From NCBI GenBank assembly GCA_965279375.1, contig OZ257156.1:3424001-3488000 (forward strand): a stretch of DNA of 64,000 bases, written 5' to 3'. This DNA comes from Gemmatimonas sp. (GTDB taxonomy: Bacteria; Gemmatimonadota; Gemmatimonadetes; Gemmatimonadales; Gemmatimonadaceae). A program made the translations under genes and the position numbers. Below the pieces are notes generated by a model that worked only from the letters and a program-made list of their open reading frames with translations, had not been told where the DNA came from and made no database searches. How positions within the stretch are numbered: position 1 is the stretch's first letter; each line of letters opens with the position of its first letter. Of this stretch, positions 9,796 through 19,802 are shown in pieces.

Positions 9796-10752
9796 GTGAG
9801 CGACGACGCAGCACGCGGAATCATCGCCTTCGCGCCGGGCAGCATCGGCAATCTCGGGCCGGGGCTCGACGTGCTGGGCTGCGCAGTCACGGGTGCCGGC
9901 GACGAAGTACATGCGTGGTGGAGCGAGTCGGGGCGCGGCGTTACGGTCGTTGACGCGGGGCATCCCGATATCCCCACCGATCCCCAAAAGAACGCCTGCG
10001 CCATCGCCGCGCAGGCCGTGCTCGATCGCGCGCCGCATGTCGATCGCGGCGTGATGCTGACGGTGCGCAAAGGCTTGCCGCTGTCGGGCGGGCAGGGCGG
10101 GAGCGGCGCGTCTGCGGTAGCGGCGGCGGTGGCGGTGAACCAGCTCATCGTGCAGGCGGGCGGTGACTCGCTCGATCAGGCCGGACTGCTCGCGACGAGT
10201 CTGGTCGCAGAATCGATCGTCGCCGGTCGACATCTCGATAACCTTGCGGCATCGCTGATGGGTGGCGTGATCTGCATTCGCGGTATCGATCCTCCGGACG
10301 TCACCAACGTTCCGGTGCACACGGCGATCTGGTTCGCGCTCGCGCATCCGTCCATTCACATCCGTACCGCCGATTCACGCGCCGTGCTGCCGCAGTTCTT
10401 TCCGCGTGATACGCTGATCGCGCAGATGGCGAGTGTGACGTCCCTGGTGACCGGCTTGGCCATCGGCGATCTGTCGCTCATCGGCCGCGCGCTGGTGGAT
10501 CATGTCGCCGAGCCGGCGCGCGCCGCGCTGATTCCGGGCTTCGTGGAGGCCAAGCAAGCTGCGCTCGAAGCAGGCGCGCTTGGCGCGTCGCTCTCAGGCA
10601 GCGGGCCCACGACCTTCGCGGCGTGTGCGACCGAGTCCGACGCCAACGCGGCCGCCGAAGCGATGCGCTGGGCCTACGAAGCCGCCGGACACGCCTGCAA
10701 CGCGCGCGTGGCCACGATCGATTTCCAGGGAGCACGTTGGTGGAACGTGTGA
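9796..10752 (+). CDS. thrB: Homoserine kinase (GHMP family)
   Basis: APGSIGNLGPGLDVLG, KGLPLSGGQGGSGASA, HLDNLAASL, LSGSGPT; lies between thrA and thrC. Confidence 0.92.
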   Translation: MSDDAARGIIAFAPGSIGNLGPGLDVLGCAVTGAGDEVHAWWSESGRGVTVVDAGHPDIPTDPQKNACAIAAQAVLDRAPHVDRGVMLTVRKGLPLSGGQGGSGASAVAAAVAVNQLIVQAGGDSLDQAGLLATSLVAESIVAGRHLDNLAASLMGGVICIRGIDPPDVTNVPVHTAIWFALAHPSIHIRTADSRAVLPQFFPRDTLIAQMASVTSLVTGLAIGDLSLIGRALVDHVAEPARAALIPGFVEAKQAALEAGALGASLSGSGPTTFAACATESDANAAAEAMRWAYEAAGHACNARVATIDFQGARWWNV

Positions 10753-10783
10753 GACGGACAGTGAGACGGACGGTGAGAGGGCT

Positions 10784-12130
10784 ATGAGCGAACAGGTAGC
10801 AGCGCAGTCAGAACTCTTTCTCACCGCCGGCGCCGCCAGTGTGCAGCGTTGCGCGGGATGTGGACACGTGCTCGGCGAGCTGGATGCGGCGCCCGCGTGT
10901 CCGTCGTGTGGCGATCTGCTGGAGATCGTGCATGGCCGGCCCGCTGACGCCAATGGGCACGCACTCAGCGGCGATGCGCTTCGCATGCAGTTTGCCAGCA
11001 ACTGCTGCGCGCGACCGCTGGGGCATCCGTCAGGCGTGTGGCGCTTTGGATCGATCGTCATGCCCGCCGCCGGTGACGCCATCACCAGTCACCCCGAAGG
11101 CAACACGCCGTTGCTCGCGCGCGCCGCGCTGTCGCGCTACGCCGGCGTGGACGGTCTGCTGATCAAGCACGAAGGGCACAATCCGACAGGCTCCTTCAAG
11201 GACCGCGGGATGACAGTGGGCGTGACGCAGGCAGTGCGTATCGGCGCGAGTGCGGTGGCCTGTGCGTCGACAGGCAACACGTCTGCCGCGTTGGCGTCGT
11301 ATGCGGCGCAGGCGGGCATTCCCGGCTTGGTTTTCGTGCCCGCTGGGAAGATTGCGCTGGGCAAGTTGGCGCAAACGCTTGCCTACGGCGCGCGCACGCT
11401 GCTCGTGCGCGGCGACTTCGATGCCTGTTTGCGACTGGTGCAGGAGTCGTCGCGCGAGTTGGGGATCTATCTCCTCAACTCGATCAATCCGTGGCGCGTG
11501 GAAGGGCAGAAGACGATCGTGCTGGAAATGCTCCAGCAGCTCGGCTGGCAGGCACCGGATTTCATCGTGTTGCCGGCGGGTAACCTCGGCAACACCGCCG
11601 CCTTCGGCAAAGCGCTGCGTGAAGCGCACGCCCTGGGGTTGATCGATCGACTGCCGCGCGTGGTGTCGGTGCAGGCCGCCGGCGCCGCGCCGTTCGCTCG
11701 CAGCTATCGCGAAGGTTTTGCCACGCGTTATACGGTCGCCGCCGAAACCGTCGCGACCGCCATTCGCATCGGTGATCCGGCCTCGTGGGATCGCGGTGTG
11801 CGCACGATACGCGAAACCAACGGCATCGTGTTGTCGTGCACGGATGACGAGATCATCGACGCCAAGGTCGCGATCGACGCCGCGGGTGTGGGCTGTGAGG
11901 CGGCCAGTGCGGCCAGCATCGCAGGCGTTCGCAAACTCGTAGCCGAAGGCGTGATCAAGTCGAGCGATCGCGTGGTCGCGGTGCTGACGGGGCACGTCCT
12001 CAAGGACCCAGGCATGCTCGTGGAACTGCATCAGGAGCGCACCGACTTCGCGCAGTCGAATCGCCCGATCGAGATCGACGCGGAGGTCGGCGCGGTGGCG
12101 CGCGTCCTCACGTCGATGGCGCGAACATGA
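10784..12130 (+). CDS. thrC: Threonine synthase (PLP fold II, N-terminal CxxC...CxxC)
   Basis: EGNTPL, HNPTGSFKDRG, CASTGNTSA, NSINPWRVEGQKT, TGHVLKDP. Confidence 0.95.
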   Translation: MSEQVAAQSELFLTAGAASVQRCAGCGHVLGELDAAPACPSCGDLLEIVHGRPADANGHALSGDALRMQFASNCCARPLGHPSGVWRFGSIVMPAAGDAITSHPEGNTPLLARAALSRYAGVDGLLIKHEGHNPTGSFKDRGMTVGVTQAVRIGASAVACASTGNTSAALASYAAQAGIPGLVFVPAGKIALGKLAQTLAYGARTLLVRGDFDACLRLVQESSRELGIYLLNSINPWRVEGQKTIVLEMLQQLGWQAPDFIVLPAGNLGNTAAFGKALREAHALGLIDRLPRVVSVQAAGAAPFARSYREGFATRYTVAAETVATAIRIGDPASWDRGVRTIRETNGIVLSCTDDEIIDAKVAIDAAGVGCEAASAASIAGVRKLVAEGVIKSSDRVVAVLTGHVLKDPGMLVELHQERTDFAQSNRPIEIDAEVGAVARVLTSMART

Positions 12131-12861
12131 CCGGTTCCGCTCGCCGTACACTCATCACCGGCGCGTCGCGTCCGCTCGGCGTGGAGCTGGTGCGCTACTG
12201 CCTGATGCGCGGCGACAAGGTGTTCGCCGCTGCCCGCAATCCGGCGCGTGTTCCGATTCTGGCCGATCTGCGCGCGGAGTACGGCGGATTGGAGCTGCTG
12301 GCGTTCGATCCGGCGGATGCCGCGTCGGTGGCGGAAGCGATGCCGGTGCTCGAGAGTCTCACGGAGTCGCTCGACCAGCTCATCGTGGCACCGGCGGAGC
12401 CGGGACCGCACGATCGCCTGGTGGACGCCACCCGCGATGAAGCGCTGAGCACGATGTCCGGCACCGGTCTCACCGAGGCGTATCGGCGCCATGCGGTGGC
12501 GCCGGTGTTGTTGGTGCGCACGCTGCTGCCTTGGCTGCTGCGCGGCGATCGGGCGCGCATTCTGATGGTCAGCACGTGGTTAGGCTCGCTGACCGGAAAA
12601 ACGCAGGGCGGGGACTACGCCCGCTGCGGCAGCGCGGCCGCGTTGCACATGATGACGCGCGCATTGGCGCACGATCTGGCGGAGCAGGGGATCGTCGTGT
12701 GCATCGGCAACCCGGGTAACTTTGCCACCACGCCCGACGGTCCGGCGTTCCTCGTGCCCATAGGCGATGCCGCGCAGGGACTGCTGAGCGTGACGGAGCG
12801 CCTACCGAAGGAAAAGTCGGGCGGCTTCTTCGACTGGACCGGCACCGAGCGGCCCTGGTAG
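12127..12861 (+). CDS. SDR-fold protein (CsgA/C-factor-like) with degenerate catalytic motif
   Basis: LITGASRPLG Rossmann start and SGGFFDWTG...PW end; ATGA overlap with thrC. Confidence 0.8.
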   Translation: MTGSARRTLITGASRPLGVELVRYCLMRGDKVFAAARNPARVPILADLRAEYGGLELLAFDPADAASVAEAMPVLESLTESLDQLIVAPAEPGPHDRLVDATRDEALSTMSGTGLTEAYRRHAVAPVLLVRTLLPWLLRGDRARILMVSTWLGSLTGKTQGGDYARCGSAAALHMMTRALAHDLAEQGIVVCIGNPGNFATTPDGPAFLVPIGDAAQGLLSVTERLPKEKSGGFFDWTGTERPW

Positions 12862-12865
12862 GCCA

Positions 12866-12900
12866 ACGGGGCGCTCGCGATCAGCGAGCGCCCCGTGTTT
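12866..12900. terminator. Intrinsic terminator hairpin between convergent genes
   Basis: acggggcgctcgc-gatca-gcgagcgccccgt followed by gttt. Confidence 0.7.
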
Positions 12901-12936
12901 GTCTTCGATCAACCATCTCGAGCCAACGGTCGCGAC

Positions 12937-13629
12937 TCAGCCGCGATCGCGGCGCTTCTCGCGCTGTTCCTCCGCCTTCTTGCGCTCGTTCTCGAGAAAC
13001 ACGTTGTAAAGCGAGTCGGCGGTGCGGCGCTGGCCGTCGTCCAGCTGAGTGCGCGCGCGGTCGCGAAAGCTGTCCTGGATATCCGAGAGCCGCGTCGCCA
13101 GCACGCGGGCCGTGTCTGGCATGCCGGCAGCCATGCCGCGCCCGCCTCCGTCCGGACCTTCTCCGCCGGGAGGCATCCCGCCGCCGCGTTGGCCGCCACC
13201 CATGCCGCCTCCCATCCCGCCGCCGCGTGCCCCTCCGCGTGCACCGCTCTCCATCAGCTCGGCGAAGACCTTGTCCATCTCCTTGAACAGCGGCGACTGC
13301 ATGCGCTGCATTTCCTTGTGCAACGACTTGAGCGAGTCCTTCTGCGCATCACGCAGCGCAAGCTCCTTCTTCTTGTCGAGGAGAAAGGAGATCGGGTCAT
13401 TCCGCTCGAGGTTCTCCTTGATCATCGCCGTGGGCGACCGTCGCGGGCCGCCCATGCCGCCGCCGCCGCGACCTCCCGGGCGTCCGCCCCCCATTCCGCC
13501 ACCCATCCCTCCTCCCATTCCACCGCCCATGCCGCCTTGGGCGAGGAGCGGGGTAGCAGCAACCGAGGTTAACGTCAGACCTGCGAGAACGGCGGCAGCG
13601 AACAGACGGCGCGTAACTGAGGGGCGCAT
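12937..13629 (-). CDS. Secreted Gly/Met-rich helical protein (Spy/CpxP-like architecture)
   Basis: Signal peptide ending LLA-Q, two (GGGM)n tracts, helical segments LALRDAQKDSL and QLDDGQRRTA. Confidence 0.7.
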   Translation of the reverse strand: MRPSVTRRLFAAAVLAGLTLTSVAATPLLAQGGMGGGMGGGMGGGMGGGRPGGRGGGGMGGPRRSPTAMIKENLERNDPISFLLDKKKELALRDAQKDSLKSLHKEMQRMQSPLFKEMDKVFAELMESGARGGARGGGMGGGMGGGQRGGGMPPGGEGPDGGGRGMAAGMPDTARVLATRLSDIQDSFRDRARTQLDDGQRRTADSLYNVFLENERKKAEEQREKRRDRG

Positions 13630-13644
13630 GAACGGGTTTCCGAG

Positions 13645-15063
13645 ATGAGACGAGGGCAGCGCGCGGGAATGCTGGGATGGACACTGCTATTGAGCAGCGC
13701 AGGAGCGTCAAGCTGTGCCAAAAACACGGCACCCGCAGCCAACCCTACACCGGCTGTCCCAGCGTCTGGGCCAGGGCAGGGGGCGGCGGGTGCGCGCCTC
13801 TTCAATCTGGCAGTCGTGCCGGTTCAGGTCACGTACGTACTGCGCTCCATGCGGCCGTCGCTCGATTCGCTCTTCCCGGCGCGGGACTCGCTCAATCAGG
13901 CCGAGTGCACCGTGGCGGGCGGTCTGGTCTGTCACCAGTACGTGTACCGCCGAGATTCACTCACGCTGCGGTCCACCAATGACCAGCTGTTCATCGACAC
14001 CAAGCTGGGGTTCCGCGCGCAACTGGGGGTGATTGGCGGCGCGCGCGTGGCCAGCTGTGGCTACGCACCCGAAGCCATGCGGCGCGCCACCCTCTCGGTG
14101 AGCACATCGCTCTTCTGGCGCCGCGACTGGCGCATTGGTGTGCGTGGCAGCGCCGCCTCCGCCACCATCGTCGATCCCTGCCGTGTGACCGTGTTGGGCG
14201 TCAATGCCACGCCGTCGCTCAGCAAGCTGCTCAACAAGCAGCTCGCCGACTTTGTGGTGCTGGCTGACACGGCCATCCCGCGCATTGCCGACATGCGTCC
14301 GTTGGCCGATTCGCTCTGGAACAGCTTTCTCGAGCCGACGGCGCTCGATTCCACCAATACGCTCTGGCTCATGCTCGAACCGGAAGCGGTGCGCGTGACG
14401 CCCTTCTCCGGGAATGGCCCGAGCATTCGCACGGCCATCGTGCTCTACGCGCGACCGCACGTGGTGGCGGGGGAAAAGCCGCGCACGTCACGACGGCCGC
14501 TCCCCGCGCTCGCCTTGGGCGATGCGCCGGACGGCTTTGACGTGCCGGTGACGATCGAGCTTCCGTTCGTGGAAGTGGAGCGACGTACGCGCGAGTTACT
14601 CGCGGCCGAAACGGCCACGGGGAGCGTGCGCGTGGACAGCGTGCACGTGCGCGGGCTGGGCGACAGTCTCGCGGTAGACCTGCAAGTGTCCGGTAGCATG
14701 CGTGGCGTCCTGTCGCTCGCGACGCGCGTGCGTTGGGATCCCGCCACGCGCGAACTGCGTCTCGACGATCTCGAGTGGAACCTCGCCAGTCGCGGCGCGC
14801 TATCGCGCGTGAAGGCGACGTTGGGCGCGCCACTCATCGGGCGCGCGGTACGTCGTGCAACGATGGGCGGTCGCGTGCCGGTGGGCGCGCAGCTCGATTC
14901 CATTCGTGCCGAGATGCTGCGGCTGCTCAATGGCCCCATGGGGCCCGGCATCGCACTCGGCAGCAGCATGCAGCCCGTGCAGATTCTCAGCGTCACCGCG
15001 ACGGCCACGGCATTGGTCGTTCGCGCCAAACTCACCGGCAAGGCCGGTGTGTGGATCCAGTGA
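13645..15063 (+). CDS. DUF4403 family protein, probable lipoprotein
   Basis: N-terminal hydrophobic stretch plus Cys; ASCG, DPCRVTVLGVNAT and WLMLEPE segments typical of the family. Confidence 0.65.
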   Translation: MRRGQRAGMLGWTLLLSSAGASSCAKNTAPAANPTPAVPASGPGQGAAGARLFNLAVVPVQVTYVLRSMRPSLDSLFPARDSLNQAECTVAGGLVCHQYVYRRDSLTLRSTNDQLFIDTKLGFRAQLGVIGGARVASCGYAPEAMRRATLSVSTSLFWRRDWRIGVRGSAASATIVDPCRVTVLGVNATPSLSKLLNKQLADFVVLADTAIPRIADMRPLADSLWNSFLEPTALDSTNTLWLMLEPEAVRVTPFSGNGPSIRTAIVLYARPHVVAGEKPRTSRRPLPALALGDAPDGFDVPVTIELPFVEVERRTRELLAAETATGSVRVDSVHVRGLGDSLAVDLQVSGSMRGVLSLATRVRWDPATRELRLDDLEWNLASRGALSRVKATLGAPLIGRAVRRATMGGRVPVGAQLDSIRAEMLRLLNGPMGPGIALGSSMQPVQILSVTATATALVVRAKLTGKAGVWIQ

Positions 15064-16076
15064 CTCACACCACGACCAGACTCTCTTCGATGCGTTCGAC
15101 ACGGCACCGCTGCTTCTCGCTGTTCACCATCTCGTCGCGCTTTCTCGGCGCGGTTGTGCTCCTCGGCGCCGCCAGCGCGCTGGGCGCCACGCCCGTTCGC
15201 GCGCAAACCGCTTTTTCGGTGCCCGCCGACAGCGTCACCCGTCGTCTGATGCAACGTCTCTCGGCGCTCTCCGCCGATTCGATGGAAGGACGGCGCGCGG
15301 GGAGCGAAGGGTCGCGCCGCGCTCGGCGTTTTATCATCAGCGAACTCACGGCGGCCGGAGCCCGGCCGGTCGGTGCCAGCTTCGAACACCCTGTGCGACT
15401 CGGTGCACGCAGCCGTCCCGACACACTCGGCGCGAACATCGTCGCCCGCATTCCCGGATCGGCGGCCGGCGGCGGCACGATCGTGGTGAGTGCGCACTAC
15501 GACCATCTCGGATCGCGCAACGGAGAAATCTTCAACGGCGCTGACGACGACGCGTCGGGATGCGTGGCAGTGCTCGCACTCGCGGATCGCCTGCGAGAAG
15601 CGCCTATCAAGCACGACGTACTCCTTGTCTTTTTCGATGGCGAGGAAGTCGGGATGCCTGGCTCGCGCAGCTTCGTCGCCACGCCGCCGATTCCACTGAG
15701 CGAGATTGCGGTGGATCTGAGCCTCGACATGATCAGCCGACAGGATGGACGCGCGCTCTGGGTGAGCGGCACGTCGCACTACCCATCGCTCAAGCCGGTG
15801 GCCGATCGCGCGGCCGTGGGCGCGACCATTCCCATCAAGTTCGGGCACGACACGAAGGCGCTGCCGCCGGGTGATGACTGGACCGGCTCATCGGATCACG
15901 CCGCCTTTCACAGCAAGGGCATTCCGTTTCTCTACCTTGGCGTAGAAGACCATCCGGACTACCACAAACCCGGCGACGACGCCGACAAGGTGGATCCAAC
16001 GTTCTACCGCGGCGCAGTCAATTTCGCGGAGCGTTTGCTCCGCGCCCTCGATAACTGGGTTACGTCGCGTAGCTGA
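15060..16076 (+). CDS. M28 family metallopeptidase, secreted
   Basis: SAHYDHLG, NGADDDASG, DGEEVG, SSDHAAF, DYHKPGD; GTGA overlap with the upstream gene. An alternative ATG lies at 15090. Confidence 0.9.
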   Translation: MTHTTTRLSSMRSTRHRCFSLFTISSRFLGAVVLLGAASALGATPVRAQTAFSVPADSVTRRLMQRLSALSADSMEGRRAGSEGSRRARRFIISELTAAGARPVGASFEHPVRLGARSRPDTLGANIVARIPGSAAGGGTIVVSAHYDHLGSRNGEIFNGADDDASGCVAVLALADRLREAPIKHDVLLVFFDGEEVGMPGSRSFVATPPIPLSEIAVDLSLDMISRQDGRALWVSGTSHYPSLKPVADRAAVGATIPIKFGHDTKALPPGDDWTGSSDHAAFHSKGIPFLYLGVEDHPDYHKPGDDADKVDPTFYRGAVNFAERLLRALDNWVTSRS

Positions 16077-17241
16077 CGACGCGGTCCACGCGGGGGCCGA
16101 CCACGCGATTGCGTCCGGCGTTCTTGGCCTGAAAGAGTCGCCGATCAGCTTCCGCGAGCAGCTCCATCGGCGAGTCACCATCGTCGGGCCAGCTGGCCAC
16201 GCCCGCGCTCACGGTCATGTGGAGCGCGATGTCACCGCCCACCTCGAGACGTTCCGCCGCGATCGCGCGGCGGATGTACTCCACGCGCTCGATCGCGTTC
16301 GCGCCTGTGCTCTCGCGCAACACGAGCACGAACTCTTCGCCGCCGTACCGCGCGATCAGGTCACTCTGCCGGATCGCCGTCTCGAGGCAGCGCGCGACCT
16401 GACAGAGTGCGCGATCGCCGGCGGCGTGACCGTATCGATCGTTGAAGCTCTTGAAGTGGTCCACGTCGATCATTGCCACGGAGAGCGACGCACCGTGGCG
16501 GGTGGCGCGCGCGAGTTCGTTGCGTAGGTAGTCGTCGAAGAAGCGTCGGTTGAAGACGCCAGTGAGTGGGTCGGCGTTGGACAGCTTCTTCTGCTTCTGG
16601 ATGCCGTGGACGATGAAGACGTTCAAGGCCGTTGCGCAGCCGAGCAGGATGAGGCGGGAGATCTGGTCGGACCACTGAAAGCGCCCGTACATCGCGATCC
16701 CCGCCGCGCTGTTGAGCGGGAGGGTGCCGACGACAAAGGCGATGGTAGCGACGAACTGCAGCATCGCGACCAGCCCGGCCACGAGCGCGACGCGCTTGTC
16801 GAAGCGCAGACAGGTGCCGGCCAGGGAAAGGAAGTAGACGTCGAACGTGATCTTGCTGTTGACGACCACCTGCGGATCGCTGACGAACGCGAAGATCACC
16901 TGCGCCACCGTCACCACGGTCACGTCGAACAGGCTGGTGGCCAGTGGCAGCCACGGCTGGCGACGGTCGCGCAACACCAGGACATACACGCCGCACGACA
17001 GGGCGAACGCGATCAGCGTGATGAAGAAGCCCGCGAGATGCTGAAACCGCTCGTCCGGCGCGGCCCACAGCATGTTGCCGATCGGCACGGCGAGGAGCGC
17101 GAGCGTGATCCACAGGCGCACACGCGCGATGAGCATTTCGCCTTCTTTCCCCGCGTCGAGCAGGAACTGCTCGGGCGCGTCCCAGAAGCGCATCGGCTTG
17201 CCGTACGCGAGCGACTCGGTGGCGATTGGTGTGTTCGACAT
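16060..17241 (-). CDS. Membrane-bound diguanylate cyclase (about 6 TM + GGDEF)
   Basis: DPLTGVFNRR, DVDHFKSFNDRYGHAAGD, RQSD I-site, RYGGEEF. Confidence 0.92.
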   Translation of the reverse strand: MSNTPIATESLAYGKPMRFWDAPEQFLLDAGKEGEMLIARVRLWITLALLAVPIGNMLWAAPDERFQHLAGFFITLIAFALSCGVYVLVLRDRRQPWLPLATSLFDVTVVTVAQVIFAFVSDPQVVVNSKITFDVYFLSLAGTCLRFDKRVALVAGLVAMLQFVATIAFVVGTLPLNSAAGIAMYGRFQWSDQISRLILLGCATALNVFIVHGIQKQKKLSNADPLTGVFNRRFFDDYLRNELARATRHGASLSVAMIDVDHFKSFNDRYGHAAGDRALCQVARCLETAIRQSDLIARYGGEEFVLVLRESTGANAIERVEYIRRAIAAERLEVGGDIALHMTVSAGVASWPDDGDSPMELLAEADRRLFQAKNAGRNRVVGPRVDRVVSYAT

Positions 17242-17441
17242 GCGCGAGGGTGAAGATTGCCGGCGGAGCCGCGTGCGTCCTGTCTGCAAGCCACCGAGGA
17301 CGCATCGCGCCGGCAAACAGTAGCGCCGCCAGTCATCTCGCGACAGCAGCCGCGTGGTGCGTCGCGCGAGGCGCTACGCGACCTGATCTCAAACGCCAGT
17401 CGACTACATCGTCACGCTGTGATATGGAGCACGAAAAAAGT

Positions 17442-17470
17442 TTGACAGTGCGGGACGGATCACATAGGGT
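17442..17470 (+). promoter_or_regulatory. Sigma70-type promoter for the subtilase gene
   Basis: TTGACA-17 nt-TAGGGT with an upstream A-tract, about 115 nt before the ATG. Confidence 0.6.
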
Positions 17471-17585
17471 TTCCTATTGCCGGTGAATGCAGTCTGTGTG
17501 ACGGCAGTGCAATTTTGCGCGCGACTTCTCGGCCTCCACCCGAGACCTCCCCGTCGCTCGCGACCAGATCCCCAAGGAGCTATTC

Positions 17586-19052
17586 ATGCGTCTCCGACAC
17601 ATCGCAGTGCTCGCAGGAGCGGCATTTCTCGCCGCGTGCGCCGACGGTAACACGCCGACGAACACCGATGTCGAAGTGCGCGCGCTTGCGGCGCCGATCG
17701 TCTCTGCGACGATCGGTCAGGCCGTGCCGAACCGTTACATCGTCGTGCTCAAGCCTCTGGGCTTTCAGGCGTCCAACATGGCCGCGCAGCTCATTCCCGC
17801 GAATGCGGGGCGCGTGATCGAGACGTACAACGACGCGCTCAAGGGCTTCACCGCCGAGCTGACGCCGGCGGGATTGGCGGCGGTTCGGGCACGCGCTGAA
17901 GTCTCGTACGTCGAGCAGGATCAGGTGATGTCCATCGACGCCACGCAGTCGGGCGCGACGTGGGGCCTCGATCGCATCGATCAGGCCAACCTGCCGCTCA
18001 ATGGCACCTACGTCTACAACCAGACGGGCGCCGGTGTGAACGTCTACATCGTCGACACGGGCATCAAGCTCGCGCACAGCGAGTTCGGCACCCGTGCGCG
18101 CGCCGGTTTCTCGGCGATCAACGATGGTCGCGGTTCTGACGATTGCAACGGACACGGGACCCACGTGGCCGGCACGGTCGGCGGCAATGTCTACGGCGTC
18201 GCCAAGGGCGTCACGCTCTACGCGGTGCGCGTGCTTGACTGCAACGGCTCGGGTACCACGAGCGGTGTTATCTCGGGCATCAACTGGGTGATCGCTAATC
18301 GCGTCCGTCCTGCGGTTGCCAACATGAGCTTGGGCGGCGGCCTCTCCTCCGCGCTCAACACGGCGGTGGCCAACGCCACCACGGCGGGCGTCACCTTCGC
18401 GGTGGCCGCGGGCAACAGCAACGCGAACGCCTGCAACTCGTCGCCGTCGTCTGCGCCGAGCGCGATCACGGTGGGCGCCAGCGCGTCCAACGATGCCCGC
18501 GCCAGCTTCTCGAACTTCGGAAGCTGCCTCGACATCTTCGCGCCGGGCGTGTCCATCACGTCGGCGTGGTACACGTCCAACACGGCCACGGCGGTGTTGA
18601 GCGGTACGTCCATGGCTTCGCCGCATGTCGCGGGCGCTGCCGCGCTCTACCTGGCCACGAATCCGACGGCCACGGTCGCCACGGTCACGTCGGCGCTGAC
18701 GAGCAACGCGACGCTGAACAAGATCACGAACCCGGGCACCAGCAGCGTGAACCGCTTGCTCTACACTGGCTTCATCGGTGGTGTGGTCACGCCGCCGCCC
18801 CCGCCGCCGGCGGCGCCGGTCGCGGCCTACACCTACACCTGCACGGTCGCGCGCCTCTGCACGTTCGACGGCAGCACCAGCACGGGTTCGGGACTGACCT
18901 ATCGCTGGAGGAGCTCCAACGACGGTACGCAGACCGGCGTCATCGCCCGCTACAACTGGGACGTCTCCGGTCAGACGAAGACGATCACGCTGACGGTGAC
19001 CGACAATCAGGGTCGCACCAGCTCGATCGCGAAGCAGGTGCAAGTTTTCTAA
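17586..19052 (+). CDS. S8 subtilase (aqualysin/proteinase K-like) lipoprotein with I9 propeptide and C-terminal PKD-like domain
   Basis: Lipobox [13 protein letters not shown], triad motifs DTG / HGTHVAG / GTSMASPHV, poly-Pro linker, AAGGAG RBS. Confidence 0.93.
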   Translation: MRLRHIAVLAGAAFLAACADGNTPTNTDVEVRALAAPIVSATIGQAVPNRYIVVLKPLGFQASNMAAQLIPANAGRVIETYNDALKGFTAELTPAGLAAVRARAEVSYVEQDQVMSIDATQSGATWGLDRIDQANLPLNGTYVYNQTGAGVNVYIVDTGIKLAHSEFGTRARAGFSAINDGRGSDDCNGHGTHVAGTVGGNVYGVAKGVTLYAVRVLDCNGSGTTSGVISGINWVIANRVRPAVANMSLGGGLSSALNTAVANATTAGVTFAVAAGNSNANACNSSPSSAPSAITVGASASNDARASFSNFGSCLDIFAPGVSITSAWYTSNTATAVLSGTSMASPHVAGAAALYLATNPTATVATVTSALTSNATLNKITNPGTSSVNRLLYTGFIGGVVTPPPPPPAAPVAAYTYTCTVARLCTFDGSTSTGSGLTYRWRSSNDGTQTGVIARYNWDVSGQTKTITLTVTDNQGRTSSIAKQVQVF

Positions 19053-19095
19053 CCTGCCGTTGGGATTGCGACTGACGCTGTCGCTACTGCATGAC

Positions 19096-19133
19096 AAAAC
19101 GGGGGCTCCGACATCGGAGCCCCCGTTTGATTT
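19096..19133. terminator. Bidirectional intrinsic terminator
   Basis: aaaacgggggctccga-ca-tcggagcccccgtttg between convergent genes, with T-tracts on both strands. Confidence 0.85.
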
Positions 19134-19151
19134 ACTGACTCGCTCGAACCG

Positions 19152-19790
19152 TCAGGCGTGCGCGGCCCAGGAGGTCTCGCCCTTCGTGTACGGAAGGCAC
19201 GGGTCGTAGCGGCCCGGGGACTCAGCGTATCGCTGTGCCTGCGTGACCCCGATCTCCGACGTGAAGTAGCCCAGCAGCGAGAGCTCCTTCATCATGCGGA
19301 AGTAATGGGCCGGCTGGTCGCCCTTTCGGGTGTCCATGTACGACTTCTGCTCCTTGTCCAACGTCTCGAGCAGCGTGAGACGCTGCGCGGGCGTGGAGGC
19401 GACGAACGATGCCTTGTTCGCCGTCTGAGACGCCTCCTCCAGCGACTTCATTCCGGCGCGGAAGATCTCCTGATCTTTCGGCTCGTACGTGTCCGTGACC
19501 ATGACGGCCATGAACGCGCCCGTCTTGGCGGCCTTGGCCCCCGGCGTTTTGGTCTCGGGGAGAATCGTGTCCGCGACTTCGTCGAGGAACGCGATCTCTT
19601 CTGCCGTGAACGGCGTGAAGTTGCTCGCGCCCGACGCGTCTCCGGATGCGACGGCGCCGTTGTCCTTCGGCGTGCACCCAGTCCACAGCGCACTGCCGCC
19701 GACGAGGGCGACACCGCCCAGCAACGCGCTCACACGCTTGATCGCCTCACGGCGATGCATCAGAGACATCTCGTCTGTATTCGATGACAT
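19152..19790 (-). CDS. Gluconate 2-dehydrogenase subunit 3 family (Tat small subunit)
   Basis: Twin-Arg HRREAIK, ADTILPETKTPGA, YFRMMKELSLLGYFTSEIG. Confidence 0.88.
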   Translation of the reverse strand: MSSNTDEMSLMHRREAIKRVSALLGGVALVGGSALWTGCTPKDNGAVASGDASGASNFTPFTAEEIAFLDEVADTILPETKTPGAKAAKTGAFMAVMVTDTYEPKDQEIFRAGMKSLEEASQTANKASFVASTPAQRLTLLETLDKEQKSYMDTRKGDQPAHYFRMMKELSLLGYFTSEIGVTQAQRYAESPGRYDPCLPYTKGETSWAAHA

Positions 19791-19802
19791 GTCGGAGTCC
19801 GT

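Noticed and set aside
10840..10920. CxxC...CxxC zinc ribbon on ThrC as a novelty
   Set aside because: It is common in fold-type II threonine synthases.
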